This document shows positions 37,870 through 46,173 of a stretch of DNA of 64,000 bases, one piece after another. A program made the translations under genes and the position numbers. How positions within the stretch are numbered: the first letter of the stretch is position 1; each line of letters opens with the position of its first letter. Source of the stretch: a virus. Taxonomy: Duplodnaviria > Caudoviricetes. The stretch covers positions 1 to 64,000 of the IMG/VR virus record IMGVR_UViG_3300014031_000001; one strand, given 5' to 3'. The notes below the pieces were generated by a model. That model made no database searches. It had not been told where the DNA came from and saw nothing but the letters and a program-made list of their open reading frames with translations.

Positions 37870-38144
37870 CCGCCAAAAAATCGACCGCCCGCGCCGACGT
37901 AAAAACCATGGGCGCCACGTTCGTCGCGGGCGAGCGCGCACCAAAAAAGAAGGCGCGGCGCGCCACAACCCTCCTGCCATGCCCATTCTGCGGTCACCGT
38001 CCCAAGGTGCTGCCCTCCGAATGGGACGAGCTTTTCTACTACTTCATTTCCTGCGAGGCGTTCAGCTGCGGCGTGCGCCCGCGCACTCAGCTCTTCTTTG
38101 CCCGCAGCGGCGCAGTATCCGTCTGGAACACGAGGAAGCCGTGA
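37866..38144 (+). CDS. Lar (restriction alleviation)-family zinc finger
   Basis: LLPCPFCG...C....CG...A...WNTR. Confidence 0.7.
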   Translation: MTAKKSTARADVKTMGATFVAGERAPKKKARRATTLLPCPFCGHRPKVLPSEWDELFYYFISCEAFSCGVRPRTQLFFARSGAVSVWNTRKP

Positions 38145-38198
38145 CAGTGCGGCCCTTTCCGCGATACTTTGGTGGCATCCACCGACTGGAGAAAACAC

Positions 38199-38606
38199 AT
38201 GCTGCCCACTTGGACTGCAGGGACCGGCTCGGCCTATGATCTTGCGCTGCTGTGCACCTTGATCGCTGGCGCTGTCTGCGGCATGCTAGCCCTCTTCCTC
38301 GCTGCGCGCAGCGACCGAGACTGCAAAAAGCTTCGCACCGCATCACAGTCCTTCGCCGACGTGGTGCGCAAGCGCTGGGCCGATGAAGACCAGGGCGGCA
38401 CACGCGAAGCGCTACGCTTCCAGGCGGAGTCGGCGCTCTCGAGCTGGCACCTGGAAATCAAGCGGACCGGGGGGTTGGTGGGCGAGAACAAGAAGCTGCG
38501 CGCCGCCCTTGGCTGGTACGCCGGCCTCGAGGGCGCCGTGTACCCGCATGCTGTAAACAGAGACGAGGGCAGCCGGGCGCGCGAGGCGCTAAAGGGAAAG
38601 GCATGA
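38199..38606 (+). CDS. membrane-anchored hypothetical protein
   Basis: GGAGAAAACAC leader; one TM segment. Confidence 0.5.
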   Translation: MLPTWTAGTGSAYDLALLCTLIAGAVCGMLALFLAARSDRDCKKLRTASQSFADVVRKRWADEDQGGTREALRFQAESALSSWHLEIKRTGGLVGENKKLRAALGWYAGLEGAVYPHAVNRDEGSRAREALKGKA

Positions 38607-38854
38607 CAAGATTTAGAAGTCGAGACCGCATGGTAAGAGCCGTTCAGTGGCTAGTCAACGACGCCAGCTTTGAGGCCGTTGAGCGTATGGCCAGCGGGTT
38701 GCTCGAGGACATCAATGGCCGTGATCTTTACATCTTCGAGCGCTTCGAGACGATGACGCTGCTGCCGGGCTACTGGCTTGTCGACGACGGCCGGAGTCCC
38801 CCCTTCGTCATGCCCGATGACGCCTTTGCACAAGCCTATGAACAGCAAGACTAG
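38603..38854 (+). CDS. small phage protein
   Basis: V.AVQW...PG.WLV........D.F...YE. Confidence 0.6.
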   Translation: MTRFRSRDRMVRAVQWLVNDASFEAVERMASGLLEDINGRDLYIFERFETMTLLPGYWLVDDGRSPPFVMPDDAFAQAYEQQD

Positions 38855-38867
38855 ACAGGACGCCGCC

Positions 38868-39116
38868 ATGACAGCTGCCAAGAAGCAACCACCGACCGGC
38901 GTATTTTGCTGCGAGTCCCTTCGAAACGTGACGCAAGAAGAGCCCCTTACCAAAGGCATCGTCCGCGCCTACGCGCTCAGCTCCCGCAAGAAGGTGGGCG
39001 ACCCGTCGGCCGTGTCGTCCAGCCTTGCCTACCGCAGCGGCACGGGGCGCACGGCCCTGCAGCTGCGGCTGCTCTTTTGCCCCTTTTGCGGAGCTGTCCT
39101 GCAGTACGAGGGCTGA
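38868..39116 (+). CDS. small CC...CPFCG protein
   Basis: FCCESL...FCPFCG. Confidence 0.6.
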   Translation: MTAAKKQPPTGVFCCESLRNVTQEEPLTKGIVRAYALSSRKKVGDPSAVSSSLAYRSGTGRTALQLRLLFCPFCGAVLQYEG

Positions 39117-39117
39117 T

Positions 39118-39540
39118 ATGTCGAGTCACCTCTGCAAGCGCCACGGCCAGCGCAGCTGGCTATACGTGAGGGCTGCCGGCGGCAAGGTCTGCGTGCGCGA
39201 GGGCCACTACAGCATCCTCGTGCGGCTCGAAACCGAACACGTCTACCCCGACTACTTCACCCAAAACGAGACAGGACAGCTTGTGGCAACCATCGATAAA
39301 GTGACGCTCCGCAACCTTCGCCTAGAGCTCATCGAGGCGGCCAACGACGAGCCCGGCGTTTTTCTTGCCCTCGACACGCCGCTGGAAGAAGTCCTGCCCT
39401 ACATCATCCCGGTCGTTCGCCGCCAGGTGAAGGTGACCGAAGACCGGCTCGACCTTGAGACCAAGGTTGAGGACTTGGAGCAGGAGCTCGCCGAGCTGAG
39501 AAGAACCCTCGGTGGTCTTAGCGGCAAGCCCGTGGCATGA
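39118..39540 (+). CDS. hypothetical protein
   Basis: Tiles between neighbours; C-terminal coiled coil. Confidence 0.55.
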   Translation: MSSHLCKRHGQRSWLYVRAAGGKVCVREGHYSILVRLETEHVYPDYFTQNETGQLVATIDKVTLRNLRLELIEAANDEPGVFLALDTPLEEVLPYIIPVVRRQVKVTEDRLDLETKVEDLEQELAELRRTLGGLSGKPVA

Positions 39541-39818
39541 AGTGGGGTCGCGGCTGGAAGCCAGAGTTTTCGCCGAGCTCAGCCAGCACGGAGCTGCTAC
39601 GCCACAGCCTCTCGAAGGCTGGCGTGACGCGGGCCTTCATCGTCGAGAGCAGCCTCACTTTAGAGATCTTTGTGCCGCGGTCTGAGAAGAAAAAAGCCTT
39701 AAAGATCATGACTAAAATCATGCCGCGCGGAATCTACTGGGAGGTGTCGGGCACTTTGCCTTGGTGGCGGTGCCGGCTTCGCCGTATCCGTGTCAGGTAC
39801 GGCTAAAAAGGGGCACCC

Positions 39819-40190
39819 GTGAACTGCTTTTTCAGCCTTCCCCTCGCCTTGATCGCCGCCGTGCTCGCCACCGCTGCCTACGCGTTCTACCGCAGTCACG
39901 CGGTCTTTCGCTACCGCAGCAAGGTTCGCGAGGCCATCTACACCTACAACATGTCGGTCGTCGAAGAGTGGTCGACGCTGGACCCGATGCCCCACCTGCT
40001 TGACCACGACCTCTGCCTACCCTACGACTACGACACCATGATGCGACGCTTTTGGGTGTGGCCGCTGGCGCGCTTTCATGCCTGCCAGCGCGGACGCAAC
40101 CACGACGGCTGCCTCATCTGCGGCGAGCCTGTCGCGGAAGGGGGTAGCGCTAACCAAGCCAACCTAGGAGGCCACCCTGATGTCACCTGA
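39819..40190 (+). CDS. membrane-anchored hypothetical protein
   Basis: N-terminal hydrophobic helix. Confidence 0.5.
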   Translation: MNCFFSLPLALIAAVLATAAYAFYRSHAVFRYRSKVREAIYTYNMSVVEEWSTLDPMPHLLDHDLCLPYDYDTMMRRFWVWPLARFHACQRGRNHDGCLICGEPVAEGGSANQANLGGHPDVT

Positions 40191-40426
40191 CGACACAAGG
40201 CACTTCACCCTTGCGGACGTCGTCGCGATGACCGCACACAACCCGATCGTTGCGAAGTGCTGGCGGCTGCCGATCCCCGAGACGGAAAGGCTCGCGACGA
40301 TGATCGTCCACCTGGCCCGTGCCAACACAAGGCTTATCGACGAGGTGTCGCGCATGTACATGACGCGTGCCTTTTCTCCGGCGAGCATCGACGACATCCT
40401 GATTTTGCCAAAGGGAGGGGGGTGAC

Positions 40427-41083
40427 GTGCTCCCGATCAAGACCTCCTGCCGATGCGGCGGCGCCGGCAAGATGCGAATAGACGACCCGCAGACCCCCCG
40501 CTACTCGGTGGTGTGCGAGCGTTGCAAGGTCTCGACAGAGCGCAGCTGGTACACGATGACAGTGGCGCTCCTCGACTGGGAGGCCTTCGTGCAGACGGGG
40601 CGAGTCGTAAACATGCCGGAGAGAAAAAAGGAGGCGCCCTACGTGGAGCTTACGGAAGAGGAAAGAAAAGCCATCGCCGCGCTTGTGGCCTATGCCGAAC
40701 AGCACCCGGTCTCGCTCGGAGACCTGCAAAGGCAGATGGCTGGCCGCGGCGCAAGCCCCGAGGTCAACCCGCTGCGCGTGCTGAAGCTGCGCGACTACCG
40801 CATCGTGTTCACGATCGAGCATCAGCCGATGGGGTGGTGCCGCCACGCGAGCCTCTCGTTCAACCGTGCCAAGCCGCAGAGCCCCGCCGAATCGCGCGCC
40901 CTGCTCAGCGCGCTCGGCTACCAGTTTGACTCGTCTACCGCCATCGACAAGACGGCGCGTTGGAACGAGGAGGGCCACACCATCACCGGCGAGGCCTTCG
41001 CCGCCGTCAACTATGTCCAGGCCATCGAAGGCCACTTCGCCCCGCCGGTCGTGACGCCGGCGACGGAGGAGCGCATCAATTGA
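40427..41083 (+). CDS. hypothetical protein with N-terminal zinc ribbon
   Basis: GGAGG RBS; CRCGG...CERC; RHASLS. Confidence 0.55.
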   Translation: MLPIKTSCRCGGAGKMRIDDPQTPRYSVVCERCKVSTERSWYTMTVALLDWEAFVQTGRVVNMPERKKEAPYVELTEEERKAIAALVAYAEQHPVSLGDLQRQMAGRGASPEVNPLRVLKLRDYRIVFTIEHQPMGWCRHASLSFNRAKPQSPAESRALLSALGYQFDSSTAIDKTARWNEEGHTITGEAFAAVNYVQAIEGHFAPPVVTPATEERIN

Positions 41084-41108
41084 AACCCTATAGCCTGGAT
41101 AAGCCCCC

Positions 41109-42350
41109 ATGGAAGAGACGCTCAACTCCTGCCAGATCGCCGCCAACGTCGCCATGCACAGTCCGCGCAACGTCTTCCTGACCGGCGCCGCCGGCACCGG
41201 CAAGAGCTGGCTCACCCGCCACTACCTCTCCTCGCGCGCCATGGAAGACTTTCCCGTCGTCGCCTCCACCGGCGCCGCCGCCATCCTGGTCGGAGGCCGC
41301 ACCTTCCACAGCTTCTTTGGGCTCGGCGTCTCCGGCCGCTCGGTCGCCCGTATGGTCGAGGCGGCCTGCCGGCGCCAGGACGTCGTGGAGCGCATGCAGC
41401 GCGTTTCGGGGATTCTGATCGACGAGGTGTCGATGATCCCGGGGCGCCTGCTCGACACCGCCGAGTGGATCGCCCGGCGCGCCCGGCACGACAAGCGCCC
41501 CTGGGGTGGCCTCAAGATCATCGCCGTCGGCGACTTCCGCCAGCTGCCGCCCATCGCCCGCGGCTCGGAAGCCAAAGACTGGGCGTTCCTATCGGAGGCC
41601 TGGGGCGATAGCGAGTTCGTGCCAGCCATGCTGAAGACGCCCGTACGGACGCCCGACCCGGTGTTCTTTCGCATCCTAAACCTCGTGCGCGCCGGCGTCA
41701 TCAACCAGGAGGTCAAAGACGCCCTCGACTCGCGCGTCTGTAAGCGCGTCGACGACTTCGACGGCACGCGCCTTTTCGCCTACAAGGGCGAGGTCGCCCT
41801 CTTCAACGAAGACCGCCTGGACGAGCTTTCGGGCGAGCCCACGTGCTTTCCCACCACCTACAAAGGAGACCCGACCGAGCTTGAAGCGCTGAAAAAGAAC
41901 GTCCCGATCCCCGAGGTGCTGCGCCTAAAGATCGGGGCGCTCGTCATGGTTCGCAAGAATTACGCCGATGCGGGCCTTGTGAACGGCACGCTCGGCCACG
42001 TCATCGAGATCAAAAGGGACCTCGTTTTCTTGGAACTCCTCTCCGGATCTGGCAAAGTGATAGCGTTGGGCCCCGACGCCTTCAACGTGGTGGACGACCA
42101 CGGCAAGCCGATAGCCACCGCCACTAACTTTCCTCTTTCGCTCGCCTGGGCTACGACCATCCACAAAAGCCAAGGCTGCACCTTGGACCGCGTGTTGGTC
42201 GACGTCAGCTCCCTCTGGGAGCCCGGCCAAGCCTACGTGGCGCTGTCGCGCGTCAAGACGCTCGACGGCCTACACATCTCTCGCTGGCACCCGCGATCCA
42301 TCAAAACCGACGCGGCTGTGACAGAATTTCACAAGCGCATCTTTGGGTGA
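41109..42350 (+). CDS. Pif1-family SF1B DNA helicase
   Basis: FLTGAAGTGKS, ASTG.AA...GG.TFHSFFG, IDEVSM, GDFRQLPP, LKIGA.VM..N...LVNG, FPL.LAWA.TIHKSQG, GQAYVALSR. Confidence 0.95.
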   Translation: MEETLNSCQIAANVAMHSPRNVFLTGAAGTGKSWLTRHYLSSRAMEDFPVVASTGAAAILVGGRTFHSFFGLGVSGRSVARMVEAACRRQDVVERMQRVSGILIDEVSMIPGRLLDTAEWIARRARHDKRPWGGLKIIAVGDFRQLPPIARGSEAKDWAFLSEAWGDSEFVPAMLKTPVRTPDPVFFRILNLVRAGVINQEVKDALDSRVCKRVDDFDGTRLFAYKGEVALFNEDRLDELSGEPTCFPTTYKGDPTELEALKKNVPIPEVLRLKIGALVMVRKNYADAGLVNGTLGHVIEIKRDLVFLELLSGSGKVIALGPDAFNVVDDHGKPIATATNFPLSLAWATTIHKSQGCTLDRVLVDVSSLWEPGQAYVALSRVKTLDGLHISRWHPRSIKTDAAVTEFHKRIFG

Positions 42351-42361
42351 GGGGATCAGTC

Positions 42362-42700
42362 ATGCAGAGCGTAAGCGCCGACTTGGCGCATTTTTTGGAC
42401 TCGTTCAGTTTGGAAGCCCTGGTAGAGGCGAAGCTCCGCCGCGAAGCCCGTCAGCCGGGGGCGCTCGCGCCGGACCGCGAGCTCCACCGCCGGGTGATGG
42501 GGGCCGTCGAGCGCCCTTTGATGCGGATCGTCCACGAGCACACGAACGGCAACCAGGTGCACAGCGCCGCAATTTTGGGGCTGAACCGTACGACGGTGCG
42601 CAAGAAAATGCATCAACACGAGGTGATCGTCTGCCGCCCCCTAGCGGGTTTTACCGCTCGAGGTCAAGACAAGGGACCGGGCTTAAATTTGCCAAGTTAA
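42362..42700 (+). CDS. Fis/NtrC-type HTH DNA-binding protein
   Basis: VERPLM......TNGNQVHSAAILGLNRTTVRKKM. Confidence 0.85.
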   Translation: MQSVSADLAHFLDSFSLEALVEAKLRREARQPGALAPDRELHRRVMGAVERPLMRIVHEHTNGNQVHSAAILGLNRTTVRKKMHQHEVIVCRPLAGFTARGQDKGPGLNLPS

Positions 42701-42755
42701 TAAGAACTAGGTATTACCGTCGGGTTCGACCCCTTTCATGGGAGGAGGGCCAGTG

Positions 42756-43166
42756 ATGTCTTGCCGGAACCTGCGAGTACTCGTTGTCGAGGGGGACCCC
42801 CTTCTGCGCGCCACCTACGGGCGGCTGCTGAAAGGTCTGCGCGTCTACGACCACCAGGAAGTGGAGTCCGGAGCGGAGGCGCTCGGCGCGGCGGTCTATT
42901 TCCGCCCCGACGTCGTCATCGTGAACCTGGCGCTGTCGGCGGAGATGGGGGGCCAGGAGGTGCTAGAGCGCCTGCGCGGCAGCCCGCTGTTCGACCGCAC
43001 GGCCATCGTCGCCGCGACGCCGATGGTTCGGTGGATGCGGCGGGCGCCGTGCATCACCACCTTCGACGACGTCCTGGCGACGCCCCTTTCAGGGCAAGCC
43101 CTAGTCGGCCTGCTCGAGCGCGAGGCCGGCCGCCGGCGCGTGCTCGGGGAAGCCCTGGCGATATGA
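42756..43166 (+). CDS. stand-alone receiver (CheY-like) domain, degenerate active site
   Basis: RVLVVEGD, SGAEAL, PDVVIVN, MGG.EVL..LR, FDDVLATP. Confidence 0.8.
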   Translation: MSCRNLRVLVVEGDPLLRATYGRLLKGLRVYDHQEVESGAEALGAAVYFRPDVVIVNLALSAEMGGQEVLERLRGSPLFDRTAIVAATPMVRWMRRAPCITTFDDVLATPLSGQALVGLLEREAGRRRVLGEALAI

Positions 43167-43192
43167 GCGGGCCGCAGGGCCTGCTCTTTTTT
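43166..43192 (+). terminator. intrinsic terminator closing the + strand half
   Basis: AGCGGGCC...GGCCTGCT hairpin followed by a T-run. Confidence 0.65.
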
Positions 43193-43210
43193 AGCCTACA
43201 TGCCTAAAAT

Positions 43211-43226
43211 TGTTCCACGTGGAACG
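43211..43226. promoter_or_regulatory. parS: parS-like site
   Basis: TGTTCCACGTGGAACG; perfect palindromic core GTTCCACGTGGAAC matching the bacterial parS consensus. Confidence 0.75.
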
Positions 43227-43376
43227 ACGACGAATCGCGGCGTATCCCGTCAGCTTGCTGCGCCTTGGGGCCAATTTTAGTGTTCGGCTTTCAAACACTG
43301 ATGTTTGAAAGCGACACAGCAGGTGCGCCCTGGAGAGCCTCGGCCAGCCGGACCTGTTGCACTTGGCGCTATCTGC

Positions 43377-43904
43377 TCAAACTGCAACACCGTGGACCGG
43401 CCCGAAGCCCCGCCAGAAGGCGGCCTTCTGCAGCGGTGCCGCAGCGTCGGCGCGGTCAGCGCCGAGGGCCTTCATGAGCACGTTGCGCTCCATCGGCACG
43501 TGCAGGTTGCCCGCTATTTGAGCAGACAGCCCACCGGCGTAGTTGACCCAGTGCCAGCGGTGGACCTCGCCATCGGGGTCGCCGCGCATCGTCGTGCGCT
43601 GGGCGCCGCCGAGGTGGAGGCAGTAGGCGTGGACGGTGAGCTTGCCGCCGTCGGGCTTCACGACCTTGACGGTCTTCAGGTGAGACAGCTGCTTAGGATC
43701 CGCCTCGAGGCCGGACTCCTCGCGGAGCTCGCGTACGGCGCCCATAAGGGGGTCTTCATGATCTTCCAGGTGACCACCTGGGCAGGTCCAGCGACCGTTG
43801 TCGCGGCGGCGACCCATCAGCAGCTTGCCGCCGCGGACGACGGCGACCGTCGAGACAGCCTTGTCGGCTGCGGCGCGCTTGGCGAAGCCCGTCCAGAAGC
43901 TCAT
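43377..43904 (-). CDS. NUDIX hydrolase with FWxGF tags
   Basis: Nudix box GGHLEDHEDPLMGAVRELREESGL. Confidence 0.92.
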   Translation of the reverse strand: MSFWTGFAKRAAADKAVSTVAVVRGGKLLMGRRRDNGRWTCPGGHLEDHEDPLMGAVRELREESGLEADPKQLSHLKTVKVVKPDGGKLTVHAYCLHLGGAQRTTMRGDPDGEVHRWHWVNYAGGLSAQIAGNLHVPMERNVLMKALGADRADAAAPLQKAAFWRGFGPVHGVAV

Positions 43905-44056
43905 GGGGATTCCTCAGGCGGTTTCGAATCCGTAACCGGGGCCGGGTCCTGCGGCGCCGGCGCGGCGATGGGCGACGCCGGACCGATCTTCTTCGCGAAG
44001 CCTGTCCAAAAGTTGCCCTTCATGGCCTCGGCCAGCGCCTCGAGCGACTTTTTCAT
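43901..44056 (-). CDS. 51-aa protein with FWTGFAKK motif (not in ORF track)
   Basis: MKKSLEALAEAMKGNFWTGFAKKIGP...; ATGA coupling at both ends. Confidence 0.65.
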   Translation of the reverse strand: MKKSLEALAEAMKGNFWTGFAKKIGPASPIAAPAPQDPAPVTDSKPPEESP

Positions 44057-45144
44057 GCAGGCCTCTTAAGTAGTTGGGAGGCTGCGGGCTGGAGGTTGCC
44101 AGCGCGCGCCGCGTGCGCGGCCTCGGTTACGGGGTGCGTCGCGAAGGCGTGGGCCAGCATGTTCCCGGTGTTGGCCGCCTCGCCGGTGACGGGGTTGAAG
44201 GCGTAGTTCTGGACCGCACGGTTCACTGGTGACATGCGCTCGCCCGCCTTCCCGGCGGCGACGGCGGCGCTGACGGGTGCTTGGACGAACCGCTTGTCGG
44301 CCCAGTCGAGGGCCCGCTGGCCGCCCGGTAGCTTGCCAATGCCGGCGCGCGCCGTCGGGTTGGTAAGGCCGATCTTAAAGGCGTTGGCGGCCCCCAGCCC
44401 CGGTTCGACGGCTCCGCTGGCGGCCGCCCCCATCGCCCCGGCGACCAGGTTGGAGCCGTGGCGCGGCGCCGCCGCCGCGGGGTTCACCGGCACGGCCATG
44501 GTCTGGGCGACGCCGCCGCCCTTGCCGCCGCGGGTCAGGTTGGCCATGACGTTGGACGTGAAGGGCGAGTCAGGGCTCTTCCAGGTCTTCTCGAGGTCCT
44601 TCAGGGCGCCGATGGCGGCTGGGTGCTTGGCGCTTTGGGCCAGGTGGATGCCCTGGGGGGTCAGGTTGGCGCCAAACTTCTTGTTGAAGGCGGCGAGGAT
44701 CGCCTGGTGGGCGGGGCTCTTGGCGTCGAAGTACTTGGGGCTCATCAGCTTTGAGAAGTCGCCCTGCGTCAGTGCGCGCCCGAGCACCATGTCTCGCGGC
44801 GTGATGTGGGAGACGCCGTGGTCGCGCAGCGCCTGCGCCACGTCGACGCCCATCTCGCGCGCATGGTCGCGAAGCAGCGAGAGCTCTGGCACCGTGGCGC
44901 CCGCGGCCATGTTCTGGAGGAACGACCCGACGCGGCTTGGCGCCTGACCGGCGACGCCCTGACGGAATTCGTGGCCGAGCCCGCGTGCAAAGCCCTTGCG
45001 GTTTAAAAGAAACCGCATCGCCGTGTTCTGTCCGCCGTGGGCGACGCCAGCGGCGCCGAGACCCGCGGCAAGCGTCCCGAGGACCGCGCGCTTCTCGAGC
45101 GGATCAATCGCGCGCTCGTAAAAGCCGCTCAGAAACGGGCTCAT
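44053..45144 (-). CDS. Ala/Gly-rich putative internal virion protein
   Basis: GAGGT RBS; MSPFLSGFYERA...EKRA. Confidence 0.65.
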   Translation of the reverse strand: MSPFLSGFYERAIDPLEKRAVLGTLAAGLGAAGVAHGGQNTAMRFLLNRKGFARGLGHEFRQGVAGQAPSRVGSFLQNMAAGATVPELSLLRDHAREMGVDVAQALRDHGVSHITPRDMVLGRALTQGDFSKLMSPKYFDAKSPAHQAILAAFNKKFGANLTPQGIHLAQSAKHPAAIGALKDLEKTWKSPDSPFTSNVMANLTRGGKGGGVAQTMAVPVNPAAAAPRHGSNLVAGAMGAAASGAVEPGLGAANAFKIGLTNPTARAGIGKLPGGQRALDWADKRFVQAPVSAAVAAGKAGERMSPVNRAVQNYAFNPVTGEAANTGNMLAHAFATHPVTEAAHAARAGNLQPAASQLLKRPA

Positions 45145-45203
45145 CCGCACCTCTCAAAGTGGAATGCCCCTATCCTACTGCAGTCTTTGGGGGCCAGCTA
45201 CGG

Positions 45204-45416
45204 CTATGGGCCGTAGTGGTCGTAGATGTCAGGGGCGGCGTTGCAGCTCGCTTCGCGCGGGTCTATCTGGTCGGTGTTGGTCTTCTGGTCGCGCGCGAGG
45301 TCACGCTGACTAGCCTCCTGCTCGTCCATCCAGCCGGAGATGGCGGACGGTCCTGGGTCGGCTTTCTTGTAGAAGCCGGCCCAGAACGAAGAGGCGTAGG
45401 TAGTAGGGACGTGCAC
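45204..45416 (-). CDS. small protein with FWAGFYKKA motif
   Basis: Motif shared with neighbours. Confidence 0.6.
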   Translation of the reverse strand: MHVPTTYASSFWAGFYKKADPGPSAISGWMDEQEASQRDLARDQKTNTDQIDPREASCNAAPDIYDHYGP

Positions 45417-45426
45417 CAGGAGAGCC

Positions 45427-46140
45427 TCAGGTGATCATTTCGATGGGGCGCAGCATGTCGTACTGGAGGCTGGCGCCTTCCATGATCAGCACCGAACCCG
45501 ACGAGATCGTCATTTGGTGGCCCTGCACGTAGGCGTTCTCGAGGTAGAGCGCGCCGACGTCGTTGTGGCGGATGTCTTTGAAGTAGATCGCCATGCCGAT
45601 CGGCTGGGCGAACAGGTCGCTCGCCAGGTCGATGAAAAGGCTGTCGGCACCCGGAGCGCGGCGCAGCGACTTCAGGTCCTTAGGCGTCGACACGAGCCGC
45701 GCGTGCGGGTCGATGGCGATGGTGCCGTCTGGCAGCTCGACGGTCTTGTTGAGGTCGGCGTCGCCGAAGTCGGAGCCCGAGGCGTAGTAGGCGTAAAGGG
45801 CCCGCAGGAGCGACGGTCCAAAGAAGAAGGTGCGGCCGAGGCTGAGCGAGCCGATGACGCGCCCGGGGACGAAGTAGCTGCGCGACGAGCCGATCTCGAA
45901 GATGCGCTGCAGCTGCTTTGACTGCTGGAGGGCCGCCTGCTCGAGAAGGCCGATCGGGTAGACCTCGGTGGAGCTCGGCGCCTTGCCGGCCGTCTCGGCC
46001 GAGCCCGCGAGCTCCGGTGCGCCGGCGGCGACGAGCGTCGACTCGGCCGAGACGAAGTGCCCGCCGGTCACCTCGCGCTGGATGTGGTAGTTGGAAAAGT
46101 CCCAGTCGCCGAAGGCGGATGTCGCCGGAGTAGTCGCCAT
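45427..46140 (-). CDS. putative tail tube protein
   Basis: Directly after the sheath; PIG..EQ...QQ......IFEIGS...YFVPG; YLEN.YV..H. Confidence 0.7.
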   Translation of the reverse strand: MATTPATSAFGDWDFSNYHIQREVTGGHFVSAESTLVAAGAPELAGSAETAGKAPSSTEVYPIGLLEQAALQQSKQLQRIFEIGSSRSYFVPGRVIGSLSLGRTFFFGPSLLRALYAYYASGSDFGDADLNKTVELPDGTIAIDPHARLVSTPKDLKSLRRAPGADSLFIDLASDLFAQPIGMAIYFKDIRHNDVGALYLENAYVQGHQMTISSGSVLIMEGASLQYDMLRPIEMIT

Positions 46141-46173
46141 GATCTCCCTCTACTTCGCTTGGATGGTTAGAGA

